This document shows positions 24,082 to 36,700 of a stretch of 64,000 nucleotides of DNA, piece after piece; position 1 is the stretch's first letter; every line of letters begins with the position of its first letter. The notes beneath the pieces are model-generated. The model saw only the letters and a list, made by a program, of their open reading frames with translations, did no database searches and was not told the origin of the DNA. This stretch comes from Chloroflexota bacterium (GTDB taxonomy: Bacteria > Chloroflexota > Dehalococcoidia > DSTF01 > JACRBR01): positions 49,983-113,982 of the forward strand of contig JAGWOC010000001.1 in the NCBI GenBank assembly GCA_028872875.1. The letters are read 5' to 3'. The position numbers were made by a program, and so were the translations under genes.

Positions 24082-25185
24082 ATGAAGTTCGGCATCTTCT
24101 ACGAGCTGTCCGTGCCCCGGCCCTGGGGGCCGGAGTCCGAGCGCACCGTCTACCTGAACGCGCTCGAACAGGTGCGCCTCGCCGACGAGCTGGGCTTCGA
24201 CCAGGTCTGGTGCGTCGAGCACCACTTCCTCGAGGAGTACTCACACTCGTCGGCGCCCGAGCTCTTCCTCACCGCCTGCGCCATGCAGACGCAGCGCATC
24301 CGCATCGGCCACGGCATCGTCGTCTGCGTGCCGCAGTTCAACCACCCGGTGCGCATCGCCGAGCGCACGGCCGTGCTCGATATCCTCTCCGGCGGCCGGC
24401 TCGAGGTGGGCACCGGCCGCTCCGCGACGTGGACGGAGCTGGCCGGCTTCCAGGCCGACCCCGACGAGACGAAGAAGACCTGGGACGAGATCGTCCGCTG
24501 CCTGCCGAAGATGTGGACGCAGGAGCGCTTCAGCCACCAGGGCCGCGCCTTCTCGATGCCCTCCCGCGCCATCCTGCCGAAGCCGTACCAGAAGCCGCAC
24601 CCGCCGCTGTGGGTCGCCGTCACCAGCCCCGGCACCGAGCTCGACGCCGCCGACCGCGGCCTCGGCAGCCTCGGCCTGACCTTCGGCGGCATCGCCGAGC
24701 AGGAGACGAAGATCGCCGAGTACCGGCGGCGCATCCGCGTGTGCGACCCGGTCGGCGACTTCGTGAACGAGCAGGTGAACACCGTCAACTTCCTCTACTG
24801 CCACGAGGACGCGGCGACGGGCATCAAGACTGGCCAGCGGCTCGCGGGCACCTTCAACTACCTCGCGGCGCAGCTCCTCGCCGCGCGCGAGGCCTACCCC
24901 ACCCGCTCGTACCCCTCGCTCGGCCTGCTGCCGCAGCTCCGGCAGGAGGCCGCCGGCCCCGGCGACGGCGCCCGCGTGCCCGAGGGGCTGTGCATCGGCG
25001 ACCCGCAGCGGGTCATCGAGGTGGTGAAGCGCTGGGAATCGGTGGGCGTCGACCGCATCAACTTCCTGCTGAACGCGATGGAGACGGTGCCGCAGGAGCA
25101 GGTGCTCGAAAGCCTGCGCCTCTTCGCCAGCGAAGTAATGCCGGCATTCGCGACGGAAGCGGCGGCACCGGCCGCGGCGGGGTAG
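24082..25185 (+). CDS. LLM-class flavin (FMN/F420)-dependent oxidoreductase (luciferase-like monooxygenase)
   Basis: GGAGGTGG lies upstream of ATG 24082. MKFGIFYELSVPRPWGPESERTVYLNALEQVRLADELGFDQVWCVEHHF is the canonical LLM TIM-barrel N-terminus. Confidence 0.85.
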   Translation: MKFGIFYELSVPRPWGPESERTVYLNALEQVRLADELGFDQVWCVEHHFLEEYSHSSAPELFLTACAMQTQRIRIGHGIVVCVPQFNHPVRIAERTAVLDILSGGRLEVGTGRSATWTELAGFQADPDETKKTWDEIVRCLPKMWTQERFSHQGRAFSMPSRAILPKPYQKPHPPLWVAVTSPGTELDAADRGLGSLGLTFGGIAEQETKIAEYRRRIRVCDPVGDFVNEQVNTVNFLYCHEDAATGIKTGQRLAGTFNYLAAQLLAAREAYPTRSYPSLGLLPQLRQEAAGPGDGARVPEGLCIGDPQRVIEVVKRWESVGVDRINFLLNAMETVPQEQVLESLRLFASEVMPAFATEAAAPAAAG

Positions 25186-25216
25186 CAGCGAGCGCGCGGA
25201 GCACGAGGAGAGCGCC

Positions 25217-25432
25217 ATGTGGTGGCAAGACGTGCTATGGGGCCTCTGGAACGGGCTCAGCGCCTGGGTGGTCCTTATCGCCCACGCGTTCGGCGCCTGG
25301 GAGCGCTTCCCGTTCTACAACGTCGCGAGGAGCGGCAACTGGTACGACCTGGGATTCCTGATCGGCGCGGGCTCTCCGTTGCTCGGCGCCGCCGGCGGCC
25401 GCGGCCAAAGCCGGCATCGGACGCGCGGTTGA
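25217..25432 (+). CDS. hypothetical small hydrophobic protein (71 aa)
   Basis: GAGGAGAG lies 5 nt before ATG 25217. MWWQDVLWGLWNGLSAWVVLIAHAFGAWERFPFYNVARSGNWYDLGFLIGAGS is Trp-rich with one likely TM segment. Confidence 0.45.
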   Translation: MWWQDVLWGLWNGLSAWVVLIAHAFGAWERFPFYNVARSGNWYDLGFLIGAGSPLLGAAGGRGQSRHRTRG

Positions 25433-25499
25433 ACGCGAGCCCTCAGCGCGCCTCGGTAGCGATGAGATGCGCTGCGCCGAGAGGCCCCCACGGAGGACG

Positions 25500-26333
25500 A
25501 TGAAGTACGGCTTCGTGCTCCCCTTCGGCGACGCGCGCACCGCCGCGGACCTCGCGCACGAGGCGGAGGCGGCCGGATGGGACGGCTTCTTCGTCTGGGA
25601 GCCGGTGTGGGGCGTCGATGCCTGGGTGTCGCTTGCGGCGGCGGCGATGCGCACCGAGCGCATCCGTCTCGGGACGATGATCACCCCGCTCTCGCGCATG
25701 CGCCCGTGGAAGCTGGCGAGTGAGGCCGCCACGCTCGACAACCTCTCCGGCGGGCGCGTCATGCTCTCCGTCGGCCTCGGCGCCGTCGATACGGGGTTCG
25801 CCGAGTTCGGCGAAGTCACCGGCCGCCGGACGCGAGCCGAGCTGCTGGATGAAGCGCTCGACATCGTGACCGGGCTCTGGCACGGCCAGCCGTTCAGCTA
25901 CGACGGCAAGCACTACACTGTGCGCCCGACGACGTTCGCGCCGCCGCCGCCGCCCGTGCAGCAACCGCGCATCCCCATCTGGGTCGTCGGCGCCTGGCCG
26001 CACCCGCGGTCGATGCGCCGCGCGCTGCGCTACGATGGTCTCCTGCCGAGCGCACGCGGCGAGGACGGTGCGATGCGGCAGGCGACACCGGACGAGTTGC
26101 GCGACATCGCGTCGCACGTCAGCGCGCGCCGCGCAGGCGCGGTGCCGTTCGACATCGTCGTCGAGGGCACGACCCCGGCCCAGGATGCGGATCGCGCGGC
26201 GGCGAAGGTGCGGGCCTGGGCGGACGCCGGCGCGACGTGGTGGCTGGAAGCGCGCTGGGACGCTGAGCAGCAGCCGGGCGCGCTGGATGGCCTGCGCCGG
26301 CGCATCGCCGCGGGACCGCCCGGCGGCGGCTGA
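25500..26333 (+). CDS. LLM-class F420/flavin-dependent oxidoreductase
   Basis: GGAGGA lies upstream of ATG 25500. MKYGFVLPFGDARTAADLAHEAEAAGWDGFFVWEP...LSGGRVMLSVGLG matches the luciferase-like family. Confidence 0.8.
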   Translation: MKYGFVLPFGDARTAADLAHEAEAAGWDGFFVWEPVWGVDAWVSLAAAAMRTERIRLGTMITPLSRMRPWKLASEAATLDNLSGGRVMLSVGLGAVDTGFAEFGEVTGRRTRAELLDEALDIVTGLWHGQPFSYDGKHYTVRPTTFAPPPPPVQQPRIPIWVVGAWPHPRSMRRALRYDGLLPSARGEDGAMRQATPDELRDIASHVSARRAGAVPFDIVVEGTTPAQDADRAAAKVRAWADAGATWWLEARWDAEQQPGALDGLRRRIAAGPPGGG

Positions 26334-26352
26334 AGCAGACACGGAGGGACAC

Positions 26353-27102
26353 ATGCCGCTCTCAGGTACGCTCGACATCCGAACGCTCGCCGGGGACGCG
26401 CCGCGCCTAGCGTCGCTGCACCCCGACCCTTGGGAGCTCGAGGACGCGCAGGTGCTCCAGCTCATGTACGAGATCGACGACGCGCACATCCTCGGACTCT
26501 TGCCGCCCGCGCTGCACCCGACGATCCCGCCCGTCGTGACGTTCACCGTCGCGCGCTTCACGGAGAGCCCCGTCGGACCGTTCACGCTGGCGCAGGCGCG
26601 GCTCGGCTGCCGGGCCGGCGTGCGGCCGCGCGGCTTCCTGCTGCGCGCGTACTGCGACGCCGCGGCCGCGCGGGACGCGCTCGCCTCGGGCTGGGGCTAC
26701 GACTGCCGGGACGGCGAGATCTCGCTGCACCGCTACCACGACAGCATCACGACGACCGTGCACGCCGACGGCGCCGACGTGCTACGGGCCTCGCTCGTCG
26801 ACCCGGAGCCGATCTCCGGCGGCGACATCCAGTACACCGCGAACATGAACCTCGCCCGCGTCGACGAGGGCGGCGGCGAGCAGGCGCTGCTCGTGCAGGT
26901 CGACCCCGAATACCGCTTCCACCACGCCGAGCGCGGCCGGCCCCGCATCGACGTCTTCGCGCGCGAGGCGTGGGCGGCGCGCGGCGTCGAGCCGGTCTAC
27001 CCGGTGGCGGCGACGTTCGCGCGCTGCGATACCGGCCTCCCGCGCATCCGCTACGTCTGCGACCCGAACAAGCCCGCGCTCGTCGGCACCCGCGAGGTGT
27101 GA
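26353..27102 (+). CDS. acetoacetate-decarboxylase-like (ADC superfamily) protein, function unknown
   Basis: GGAGGGA lies upstream of ATG 26353. FTVARFTESPVGPFTLAQARL resembles the ADC-family Y.dSPvGPY.E core. Tentative. Confidence 0.45.
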   Translation: MPLSGTLDIRTLAGDAPRLASLHPDPWELEDAQVLQLMYEIDDAHILGLLPPALHPTIPPVVTFTVARFTESPVGPFTLAQARLGCRAGVRPRGFLLRAYCDAAAARDALASGWGYDCRDGEISLHRYHDSITTTVHADGADVLRASLVDPEPISGGDIQYTANMNLARVDEGGGEQALLVQVDPEYRFHHAERGRPRIDVFAREAWAARGVEPVYPVAATFARCDTGLPRIRYVCDPNKPALVGTREV

Positions 27103-27178
27103 ACGCAGCTCTCGACGTACTACACTGACAGCCACCGGGCCAGGCCTTTGCGGCCACCCGTCATAGCAGGTGCCGACC

Positions 27179-28450
27179 ATGACCACGACCGCATCCGAAA
27201 TCGAGCAGAAGGCGCGAGAGGCGAAGGCCGCAGCGCGCAGGCTGGCCACGCTTTCGACCGAAGTCAAGAACGCCGCGCTCAACGCACTGGCCGACGCCCT
27301 CGGCGCGCGCGCCGCCGAGGTCCTCGCCGCCAACGCCGCCGACCTCGAACGCGGCCGCGCCGACGGCCTCTCGGCCTCCGTCCTCGACCGGCTGACGCTG
27401 ACGGAGGCGCGCCTGCGGGGCATCGCGGACGACGTCCGGAACGTCGCGCGCCTGCCCGACCCGGTCGGCGAGATGCTGGAGATGCGCACGCTGCCGAACG
27501 GGCTGCTGGTGGGAAAGATGCGCGTGCCCTTCGGCGTCATCGGCGCGATCTACGAGAACCGCCCGAACGTCACCGTCGATATCGCCTCGCTCTGCCTGAA
27601 GGCGGGCAGCGCCACGATCCTGCGCGGCGGCAAGGAGGCGCTCCAGTCCAACATCGTCCTCGGCCGCATCATCACGGAGGCGCTGCGCGCCGCCGGGGCG
27701 CCCGCGGGCGCCGTGCAGGTCATCGAGTCCAGCGACCGCGCCATCGTCAGCGAGATGCTGGCGATGAAGCAATACATCGACCTCATCGTCCCGCGCGGCG
27801 GCGAGGAGCTGATCCGCTTCGTCGAGCAGCACGCGTCGATGCCGGTGCTGATCGGCGGCATCGGCGTCTGCCACACGTACATCGACCGCGCAGCCGATCT
27901 CGACAAGGCCCGCGATATCGTCGTCAACGCCAAGACGCGCCGCTACAGCATCTGCAACGCGCTCGACACGCTCGTCGTCCACGCCGATGTCGCGCCGCGC
28001 TTCCTGCCGATGGTCGCGGCCGCGCTCGCCGAGAAGGGCGTGGAGTTGCGCTGCGACGAGCGCGCGTTCGCCCTGCTCGAAGGCAGCGAGCGCGTCGTGC
28101 GCGCGACGGACGCCGACTTCGGCAAGGAGTTCCTCGCGCTCGTCGCGTCCGTCAAGGTCGTCGATTCCTACGAGACTGCCCTGGACTTCCTCTACCGCTA
28201 CAGCAGCGGCCACTCCGACGCCATCGTCACCGAGGACTACACGACGGCGATGCGCTTCCTGCGCGAGATGGACACCGCTGTCTGCTACGTGAACGCCAGC
28301 ACGCAGTTCACCGACGGTGCCCAGTTCGGCCTCGGGGCGGAGATCATCGATGCCACGCAGAAGTCGCACGCACGCGGCCCCGTCGGCCTGCGCGAGATCT
28401 GCACCTACAAGTGGGTCGTCTTCGGCGACGGCCAGGTCAGGCCGGCATAG
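27179..28450 (+). CDS. proA: glutamate-5-semialdehyde dehydrogenase (gamma-glutamyl phosphate reductase)
   Basis: Collinear with E. coli ProA: VPFGVIGAIYENRPNVTVDIASLCLKAGSATILRGGKEA, the nucleophile C in VCHTYIDRAAD...NAKTRRYSICNALDTLVVH, and C-terminal STQKSHARGPVGLREICTYKWVVFGDGQVR. An alternative GTG start lies at 27170. Confidence 0.9.
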   Translation: MTTTASEIEQKAREAKAAARRLATLSTEVKNAALNALADALGARAAEVLAANAADLERGRADGLSASVLDRLTLTEARLRGIADDVRNVARLPDPVGEMLEMRTLPNGLLVGKMRVPFGVIGAIYENRPNVTVDIASLCLKAGSATILRGGKEALQSNIVLGRIITEALRAAGAPAGAVQVIESSDRAIVSEMLAMKQYIDLIVPRGGEELIRFVEQHASMPVLIGGIGVCHTYIDRAADLDKARDIVVNAKTRRYSICNALDTLVVHADVAPRFLPMVAAALAEKGVELRCDERAFALLEGSERVVRATDADFGKEFLALVASVKVVDSYETALDFLYRYSSGHSDAIVTEDYTTAMRFLREMDTAVCYVNASTQFTDGAQFGLGAEIIDATQKSHARGPVGLREICTYKWVVFGDGQVRPA

Positions 28451-29198
28451 CGTTGCGGCGCCGGTCGCGCGTCCGCAACACGAGCGTGTCACCGTCGCGA
28501 TAGAGCATCGGCACGGACTCGAAGACGTCGAGCTGCGACGCGAACCAGAGGTCCTGCTCGAAGCCCAGGCCGAGCAGCGCGCGGCCGTGCGCCGACTGAC
28601 GGAGCGCGCGCATCGCGTCGCCGCGGTACCAGCGCCAGAGGTGGTACGCCGCCCACGCCTCGTCGGTCATGGCGACCGTCTCGTCGGCATCGCGCACGGC
28701 CTCGACGATCGCTCCGGCCGCCACGCTGTCTTCGAGGCTGAACGCCGTGCCGCGCTCGCTGCCGGCGCAGACCAGCGCCAGGTCGAGCTTGCGGCGCGCG
28801 GCCTCGTCGAGCAGACACCGCGCGGCCGCCCGGCGGTTCACCAGCGCGGCCACGGCGACGACCGGCGCCGCCGCGGCGGCCGCAACAGCGCGCGTGCCGT
28901 TGGTGGTGAACACCACCGCCGACTTCCCCTTGAGCGAGAGGCCCGCTAACTCGGCCGGCGAGTTGCCGTAGTCGAAGCCCGGCACCGGCGCCGACTTCAC
29001 CTCCCCGCAGAGCAGCGAGAAGTTGCGCAGCGCGAGCTGCCGCGCGTCGCGCAGCGTGCCCGCGACGATGGCGCGCAGCAGCCCGCGCTCGAACATCGTG
29101 ACGAGCGATGACGACGCGCGCAGCACGTCCACCACCCCGACCGCGTGGCCGTCAGGCGCACGCAGCAGCGCGGGCGTCAGTGCGACGGTGATCCGCAT
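28437..29198 (-). CDS. 2-phosphosulfolactate phosphatase (ComB) family protein
   Basis: 253 aa. MRITVALTPALL...VGVVDVLRASSSLVTMFERG resembles the ComB N-terminus (VIDVLRATTT). By pattern only. Confidence 0.5.
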   Translation of the reverse strand: MRITVALTPALLRAPDGHAVGVVDVLRASSSLVTMFERGLLRAIVAGTLRDARQLALRNFSLLCGEVKSAPVPGFDYGNSPAELAGLSLKGKSAVVFTTNGTRAVAAAAAAPVVAVAALVNRRAAARCLLDEAARRKLDLALVCAGSERGTAFSLEDSVAAGAIVEAVRDADETVAMTDEAWAAYHLWRWYRGDAMRALRQSAHGRALLGLGFEQDLWFASQLDVFESVPMLYRDGDTLVLRTRDRRRNAMPA

Positions 29199-29372
29199 GA
29201 CCCGAGCCTACGCCGCGACGGCCCGTCCGTCGAGGCGCCGCGTCAAGCACGGCAAGCGCCGACACGAAGATGATGCGCGCCCGCGTCAAGTTGACAGTCC
29301 GTTGGCAGCAGTGCCCTCCCCACACAGAGCAGGGCTCCCGGTGTCCGGCCAGCGATCGCATATGATGCGAGC

Positions 29373-29795
29373 ATGCGCTTCCTCATCGGTTCCGACGCGG
29401 CGGGCGAGGCGCCTGACGCTATCGCGCAGGCTCTGCGCGACCGCGGGCACGAAGTGACGCGCTGCGGGGCGCTCGCGGGCGCCGCTGCCGGCTGGGCGGA
29501 CATCGCCCGCGACGTCGCGTCGCGGGTCGCCCGCGGCGAAGCCGACCAGGGGGTGCTGTTCTGCTGGACGGGCACCGGCGTCTCGATCGCCGCCAACAAG
29601 GTGCCGGGGATCCGGGCCGCGCTCTGCTCCGACGCCGAGACGGCTCGCGGCGCCCGCGCCTGGAACGACGCCAACATCCTCTGCCTGAGCCTGCGCACGG
29701 CGACGCCCGCGCTGGCGCGCGAGATCATCTCCGCCTGGCTCGCCGCCACGCCCGACGGCACGGAGGCGGAGCAGATCGCCCGCATCGAGCGCTGA
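29373..29795 (+). CDS. rpiB: ribose-5-phosphate isomerase B (RpiB/LacA/LacB family)
   Basis: MRFLIGSDAAGEAP...GVLFCWTGTGVSIAANKVPGIRAALCSDAETARGARAWNDANILCL is the RpiB signature with the catalytic Cys in CWTGTG. Confidence 0.85.
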   Translation: MRFLIGSDAAGEAPDAIAQALRDRGHEVTRCGALAGAAAGWADIARDVASRVARGEADQGVLFCWTGTGVSIAANKVPGIRAALCSDAETARGARAWNDANILCLSLRTATPALAREIISAWLAATPDGTEAEQIARIER

Positions 29796-29908
29796 CCCGC
29801 CTTCGCCTCCCACGCCAACGTCTGACCTAGCGTTGATCGGCCCCGCAGCACCCTCCCGCGTGCCCGCGCCTACTGGCCCGACGCGATCGGCCCCGCTACG
29901 CTGCCCGC

Positions 29909-30547
29909 ATGGAGATCACCTGGCTTGGACACGCCTGCTTCCGCATCCGCGCGAAGGAAGCGACCGTCATCACCGACCCCTGCGACAGGTCGACGGGCTA
30001 CAGCCTCGGCCGCCCGTCCGCGGACATCGTCACCGTCAGCATCCACGACCGCGCGCATGACTACGCCGAGGGCGTCGCCGGCTCCCCGCGCGTGATCGAC
30101 GGCCCCGGCGAGTTCGAGATCGCGCACGCGTCGATCGTCGGCATCACCACGTACCGCGGCAAGGGACGGCAGGTCGAGTCCGGGCGCAACGTGGCGTACG
30201 TCATCGAGCTCGAGGACGTGCGCATCGGCCATCTCGGGGGCATCGGCCACGTGCCGACGTCGGACCAGCTCGAGGAGATGAGCAACGTCGATGTGCTGCT
30301 CGTGCCGGTGGGCGGCGGCGAGTCGCTCGACGCCCCGCCCGCGGCCGAGACGGTCAGCCTGATCGAGCCGAAGCTCGTGATCCCGATGCACTACAAGACG
30401 GACGTCGAGAAGACGAAGCTCGACCCTGTCGACCGCTTCCTGAAGGAGATGGGCGCCGCGGCGACCCAGCCCCAGGCCAAACTCTCCGTCACCCGCAGCT
30501 CGCTGCCCGGCGAGACGCAGGTGCTGGTGCTCGAGGTCAAGCGCTAG
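29909..30547 (+). CDS. MBL-fold metallo-hydrolase (UPF0173-type)
   Basis: MEITWLGHACFRIRAKEATVITDP...IHDRAHDYAEG...LLVPVGGGESLD is the UPF0173 metal-dependent hydrolase pattern. Confidence 0.7.
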   Translation: MEITWLGHACFRIRAKEATVITDPCDRSTGYSLGRPSADIVTVSIHDRAHDYAEGVAGSPRVIDGPGEFEIAHASIVGITTYRGKGRQVESGRNVAYVIELEDVRIGHLGGIGHVPTSDQLEEMSNVDVLLVPVGGGESLDAPPAAETVSLIEPKLVIPMHYKTDVEKTKLDPVDRFLKEMGAAATQPQAKLSVTRSSLPGETQVLVLEVKR

Positions 30548-30607
30548 GCGGGCGGCCCAGACGCGCCCGCCTCAGCGGGCCCACCACCGCAGACGCCGAC
30601 CCGCGGT

Positions 30608-31111
30608 TCAGTGCCCAACACCGCCGGCGCCCGCCGCCGGCGCCTGCCGGCCGCCCGGTTGCACAGCCTGCCCCGAGGCGGGCTCCATGCGCTGGCTCGC
30701 GGAGGATCCTGCGCAGCGGGGGCATACGCCGTAGAAGTCGAGCCGTTGCCCCATGACCTGAAAGCCGCTCGCCCTGGTCAACGTCTCTCGCAGGCTGGCG
30801 ACGGCCCCATCCTCGTCGATCCTGGCATCCGTGATACTGCTGCACTTGACGCAGATGAGGTTAGCGTGCAGCAGAGGGTTTGCGTCGTAGCGGGTACCGA
30901 GGCGAAAGTGGAGTGGCTGTACCAAACCCTTTTCGGACAGGACGTTCAGCGTGTTGTACACGGTCGCTCGCGTGATGTGCGGTACGTGCTGCCTGACACG
31001 CTCATACACGTCTTGAGCGGATGGATGATCGGTTGAGTTGGCAAGCACTTCTGCTACAGCCAGCCGCTGTGCGGTCACCCTGATACCCCGCTGCCTCAAC
31101 GTTGCAATCAT
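30608..31111 (-). CDS. Fur family transcriptional regulator (PerR/FurA-like; sits downstream of katG)
   Basis: TAQRLAVAEVLANSTDHPSAQDVYERVRQHVPHITRATVYNTLNVLSEKGLV is a winged-helix region. CVKCSS...CPRC are the two CxxC structural-Zn pairs. Confidence 0.85.
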   Translation of the reverse strand: MIATLRQRGIRVTAQRLAVAEVLANSTDHPSAQDVYERVRQHVPHITRATVYNTLNVLSEKGLVQPLHFRLGTRYDANPLLHANLICVKCSSITDARIDEDGAVASLRETLTRASGFQVMGQRLDFYGVCPRCAGSSASQRMEPASGQAVQPGGRQAPAAGAGGVGH

Positions 31112-31189
31112 GATCCCTCACCTGCACGCAGCGCACCGCCCGCGGCCGCCCTGCGGCGCGGTACGACCGTTACGAGCGCCCCGCGCAGA

Positions 31190-33355
<2,166 letters not shown>

Positions 33356-33478
33356 TTACCATGTGCGTGCCGACAGCCGCTTCTCAGTCCCACCGACCCT
33401 CTAGCGCTCCGCCAACTTGATGGCCATTGAACTCGCTGATGGCGAAAGCTGCGCGATGTCGGACTCGGCCTCCGCGCC

Positions 33479-33518
33479 GAACTCCCCTTCCCCCGGAGGG
33501 AAGGGGCCGGGGGTTAGG
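33479..33518. repeat. conserved palindromic element, copy B: CTCCCCTTCCCCC-gga-GGGAAGGGGCCGGGGGTTAGGTCGGCG
   Basis: Inverted repeat CCCCTTCCC (33481-33489) / GGGAAGGGG (33495-33503). Same architecture as 14901-14940. It lies in the katG 5' region, between the PerR box and the katG start. Confidence 0.8.
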
Positions 33519-33549
33519 TCGGCGGGGCCCGCTTGCCGGCTGGCCTTGT

Positions 33550-33564
33550 TTAGAATCATTATAA
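33550..33564. promoter_or_regulatory. PerR/Fur-box-like operator TTAGAATCATTATAA upstream of katG
   Basis: 14 of 15 positions match the B. subtilis PerR-box consensus TTATAATNATTATAA. It sits in an AT-rich patch of the divergent katG / giant-surface-protein intergenic region. Confidence 0.6.
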
Positions 33565-33740
33565 AGGACTGCCATCGCTTGTCAAGCTGTGTGTGCCGGG
33601 ACACCATCGCATGCGTTACGTAATCTTTTCAGCGCGTCAACGGTTGCTGGCCTACAACCATTGCATTAGTCCGCTCAAAGAGTAGGATCGTCCCACCATC
33701 GTCGGAATGCTCTCACGGCATGGGGCCGAAACGAGGCGGC

Positions 33741-36700
33741 ATGTTCTCAGCACGCGCGTGTGCGGGGGCCCTTGCCCTCCTGGCCATCGGCGTCATCGTG
33801 GCGGGTGGCTCGCCCGGGCCCCTGCAGGGCGCCCGGCTGCCGGCCGCTGTTGCGGTAGCGCCGGCGGCGACGCCCGCCATACCCATGGTGGCTGTCGGCG
33901 GCCGGCACACCTGTGCGCTCAACAGCAACGGCGCCGTGCGCTGCTGGGGCCGCAACGCCGACGGCGAGCTCGGCGACGGCACGACGATCAGCCGGCAGCG
34001 CCCGGCCCTCGTCGCCGGCCTGAGCAGCGGCGTCACGGCGATCGCCGCGGGCTTCTCGCACACCTGTGCGCTGACCACCGGCGGCGGCGTCAAGTGCTGG
34101 GGCAGCAACGCCGACGGCGAGCTGGGCGACTTCACGCAGGTGAACCGATCGATGCCGGTCGACGTGATCAACCTAACGACCGGCGTCGTCGCCATCTCCG
34201 CCGGCGACCGCCACACGTGCGCGCTGCTGGCGGCCGGCGGCATGCGCTGCTGGGGCTACAACGTCTACGGCGAGGTCGGCAACGGCACCAGCGGCAACCT
34301 CTGGCTCGGCGCCGTCGACGTCTGCACGAGCGGCTCCGGCATTGGCTGCGCCGGCGGCGCGCCGCTCACCGGCATCGCATCGATGTCGGCCGGCGGCATC
34401 AACACCTGCGCCGTGACGACGGCCGGCGCCCTGAAGTGCTGGGGCGGCAACTACAGCGGCCAGTTGGGCCTCGGCATCCTGTCGGACAGCCCGCTGCCGC
34501 CCGGGGGCGTCTGTCCTACGTCCCCGGACGCCAACGCCACGTGCATCTCCCTTCCGACCGACGTCCCGAGCCTGCAGAGCGGGGTCGCGGCGGTCAACGC
34601 GGGCCAGACCGCGTGCGCGCTGACCACGGCCGGCGGCGTGATGTGCTGGGGGCTCAACAATGTGGGGGAGACCGGCAGTGGCATCGTGTCGCCCTGCAAC
34701 CCGAAGGTGCCGCCGCAGCCATACGTGGCGTGCGATCGCCCGCAGCCCGACCCGGCCGCTGTGAGCGGCCTGAGCAGCGGCGTCGCCGCGATCTCGGGCG
34801 GCTGCGCACTGCTGTTGACCGGCGGGGTGAAATGCTGGGGAGAAAACCTGTTCGGCCAGATCGGCGACGGCACGACAACCGTCCGGACGACGCCGGTGGG
34901 CGTGTTGGGCCTGGGGTCCGGCGTCGCATCGATCGGTCCGGGCCAAGACGCCGTGCACCACTGCGTCACGATGGCCGCGGGCGGCCTGAAGTGCTGGGGG
35001 TCGAACAGTTGGGGCCAGTTGGGCGCGACATCTGCCGACACTTGCTTTCTCGGCTTTGCCTGCAGCCTCGTGCCGATCGACGTGCAGCAGTGCACGATCT
35101 GCGTGCTCGACATGTCTTTCGAGCACCAGGTCTATCCCGACGAGGCCAACTGGGCGCCGGTCGCCGCGCAAGGGACGGTCGATGGCAACCAGGTGCGCGT
35201 CAAGGCGACGCTCCGGAACCAGGCGGGCACCGATCAGCCGGTCACGGTCGAGTTCCGTGACGCGGACACGGGTACGCTCCTGCCCGGCGGCTCGATCGAT
35301 GGCACGGTACCGGCGTCGGGCGAGTTACCCGTCACCTACGTCTGGAATACAGACGGTTTTGCCTGGGACGGCGGCGCCGCGCGCAGCCCCCGGCACGTCC
35401 GCGTCACCGTCCTGCAGGGCGCGACGACGCAGGACACCGACATCCGCGGCATCAAGATCGTCCCGAAGCCGGTCGTGCTGGTGCACGGCTGGAACAGCAA
35501 TTTCGGCACCTGGGCGTCATACCAGGGGTTCCTGACGTCGGTCAGCCCGGACTGGAAGGCGTTTGCTGTCGGCGACGGCCAGGCGCCCGGCGTCATGAAC
35601 ACGGGCTCGATGTCCCATCCCTTCACGCTGACCAACACCATCGACCAGAACGCCATCGAGATGTCGCAGTACGTGCACGGCGTCCGCCAACAGATGAACG
35701 CATGGCACGTCGATGTGGTCGCGCACTCCATGGGCGGGCTGATCTCGCGGGACTACATCCAGTACTGGATGCCGCCGGACGCGTATGCGCGTCCCGTCAT
35801 CGACCATCTCGTGATGCTCGGCACGCCGAACCAGGGCACCTCGTGCGCCGACCTCGGGGCGGCCATCCTTGGGCCGCTGGGAGCCGGCGCCTTCCTGTTT
35901 CCGGCGACCCTGCAACTCACCAAGACCTACCTCGCGATCTTCAACCAGCAGGTGACGAACCGCCGCGGCGTGAAGTTCTCGATTTCCGCAGGCGACCCGA
36001 TCCCGATCACTTGCCTCGAAGGTGCGGGCGACGAGATCGTGCCGTACCGAAGCGCCCTCATGCTCGACCCGCTGCCCGGGACGCCGATCACCGACTCGGA
36101 GTCGCGCTCGATCCTGCACCACCACATGCCGGGCGATCCGGGCCAGTTCAACCAGTTCGTCAAGCCGCGGCTCACCGGCGTCCTGCCAGCGCCCGCGGCA
36201 GCGTCGGCCGCTGGTGCGCACGCGCCCGTACGAGCTGTCGCCGCCGTTGCACCGCCGCCGGTCGTCGCGCCGCAGATCCTGGCGGGAGTCGGTGTCGAGG
36301 TCGCGGCCGGGGGGATGGCGGACGTGCCCTTCACGGTGACCGATGGCACGCGCATCGGTGTGACGCTGATCGCCGCGTCCTCGGTGACGACAGAGCTGCA
36401 CAATCCAGTGGGTACGGTCGCGGCCTCGGCCGCGGCGGGCAGCGACGCCGCGCAGGCGGGCCTGCGCACGCTCACGGTCGATACCCCCAGCGCCGGCGTC
36501 TGGACGCTGCACCTCGTGAACACGGATGGCGCCGCGCCGGCAGACGTCGCCGGGTCGGCGTGGGTCGACGGCAGCGCGGTGCAGCTCGTCCTCGCGCCGC
36601 CCACACCGGCTCCGGACGGCTCAGTCCCGCTCACCGCCACGCTCACCAACGGGGGCAGCGCGCTGGCGGGCGCCACCATCACGGCCATGCTCACGGGCGC

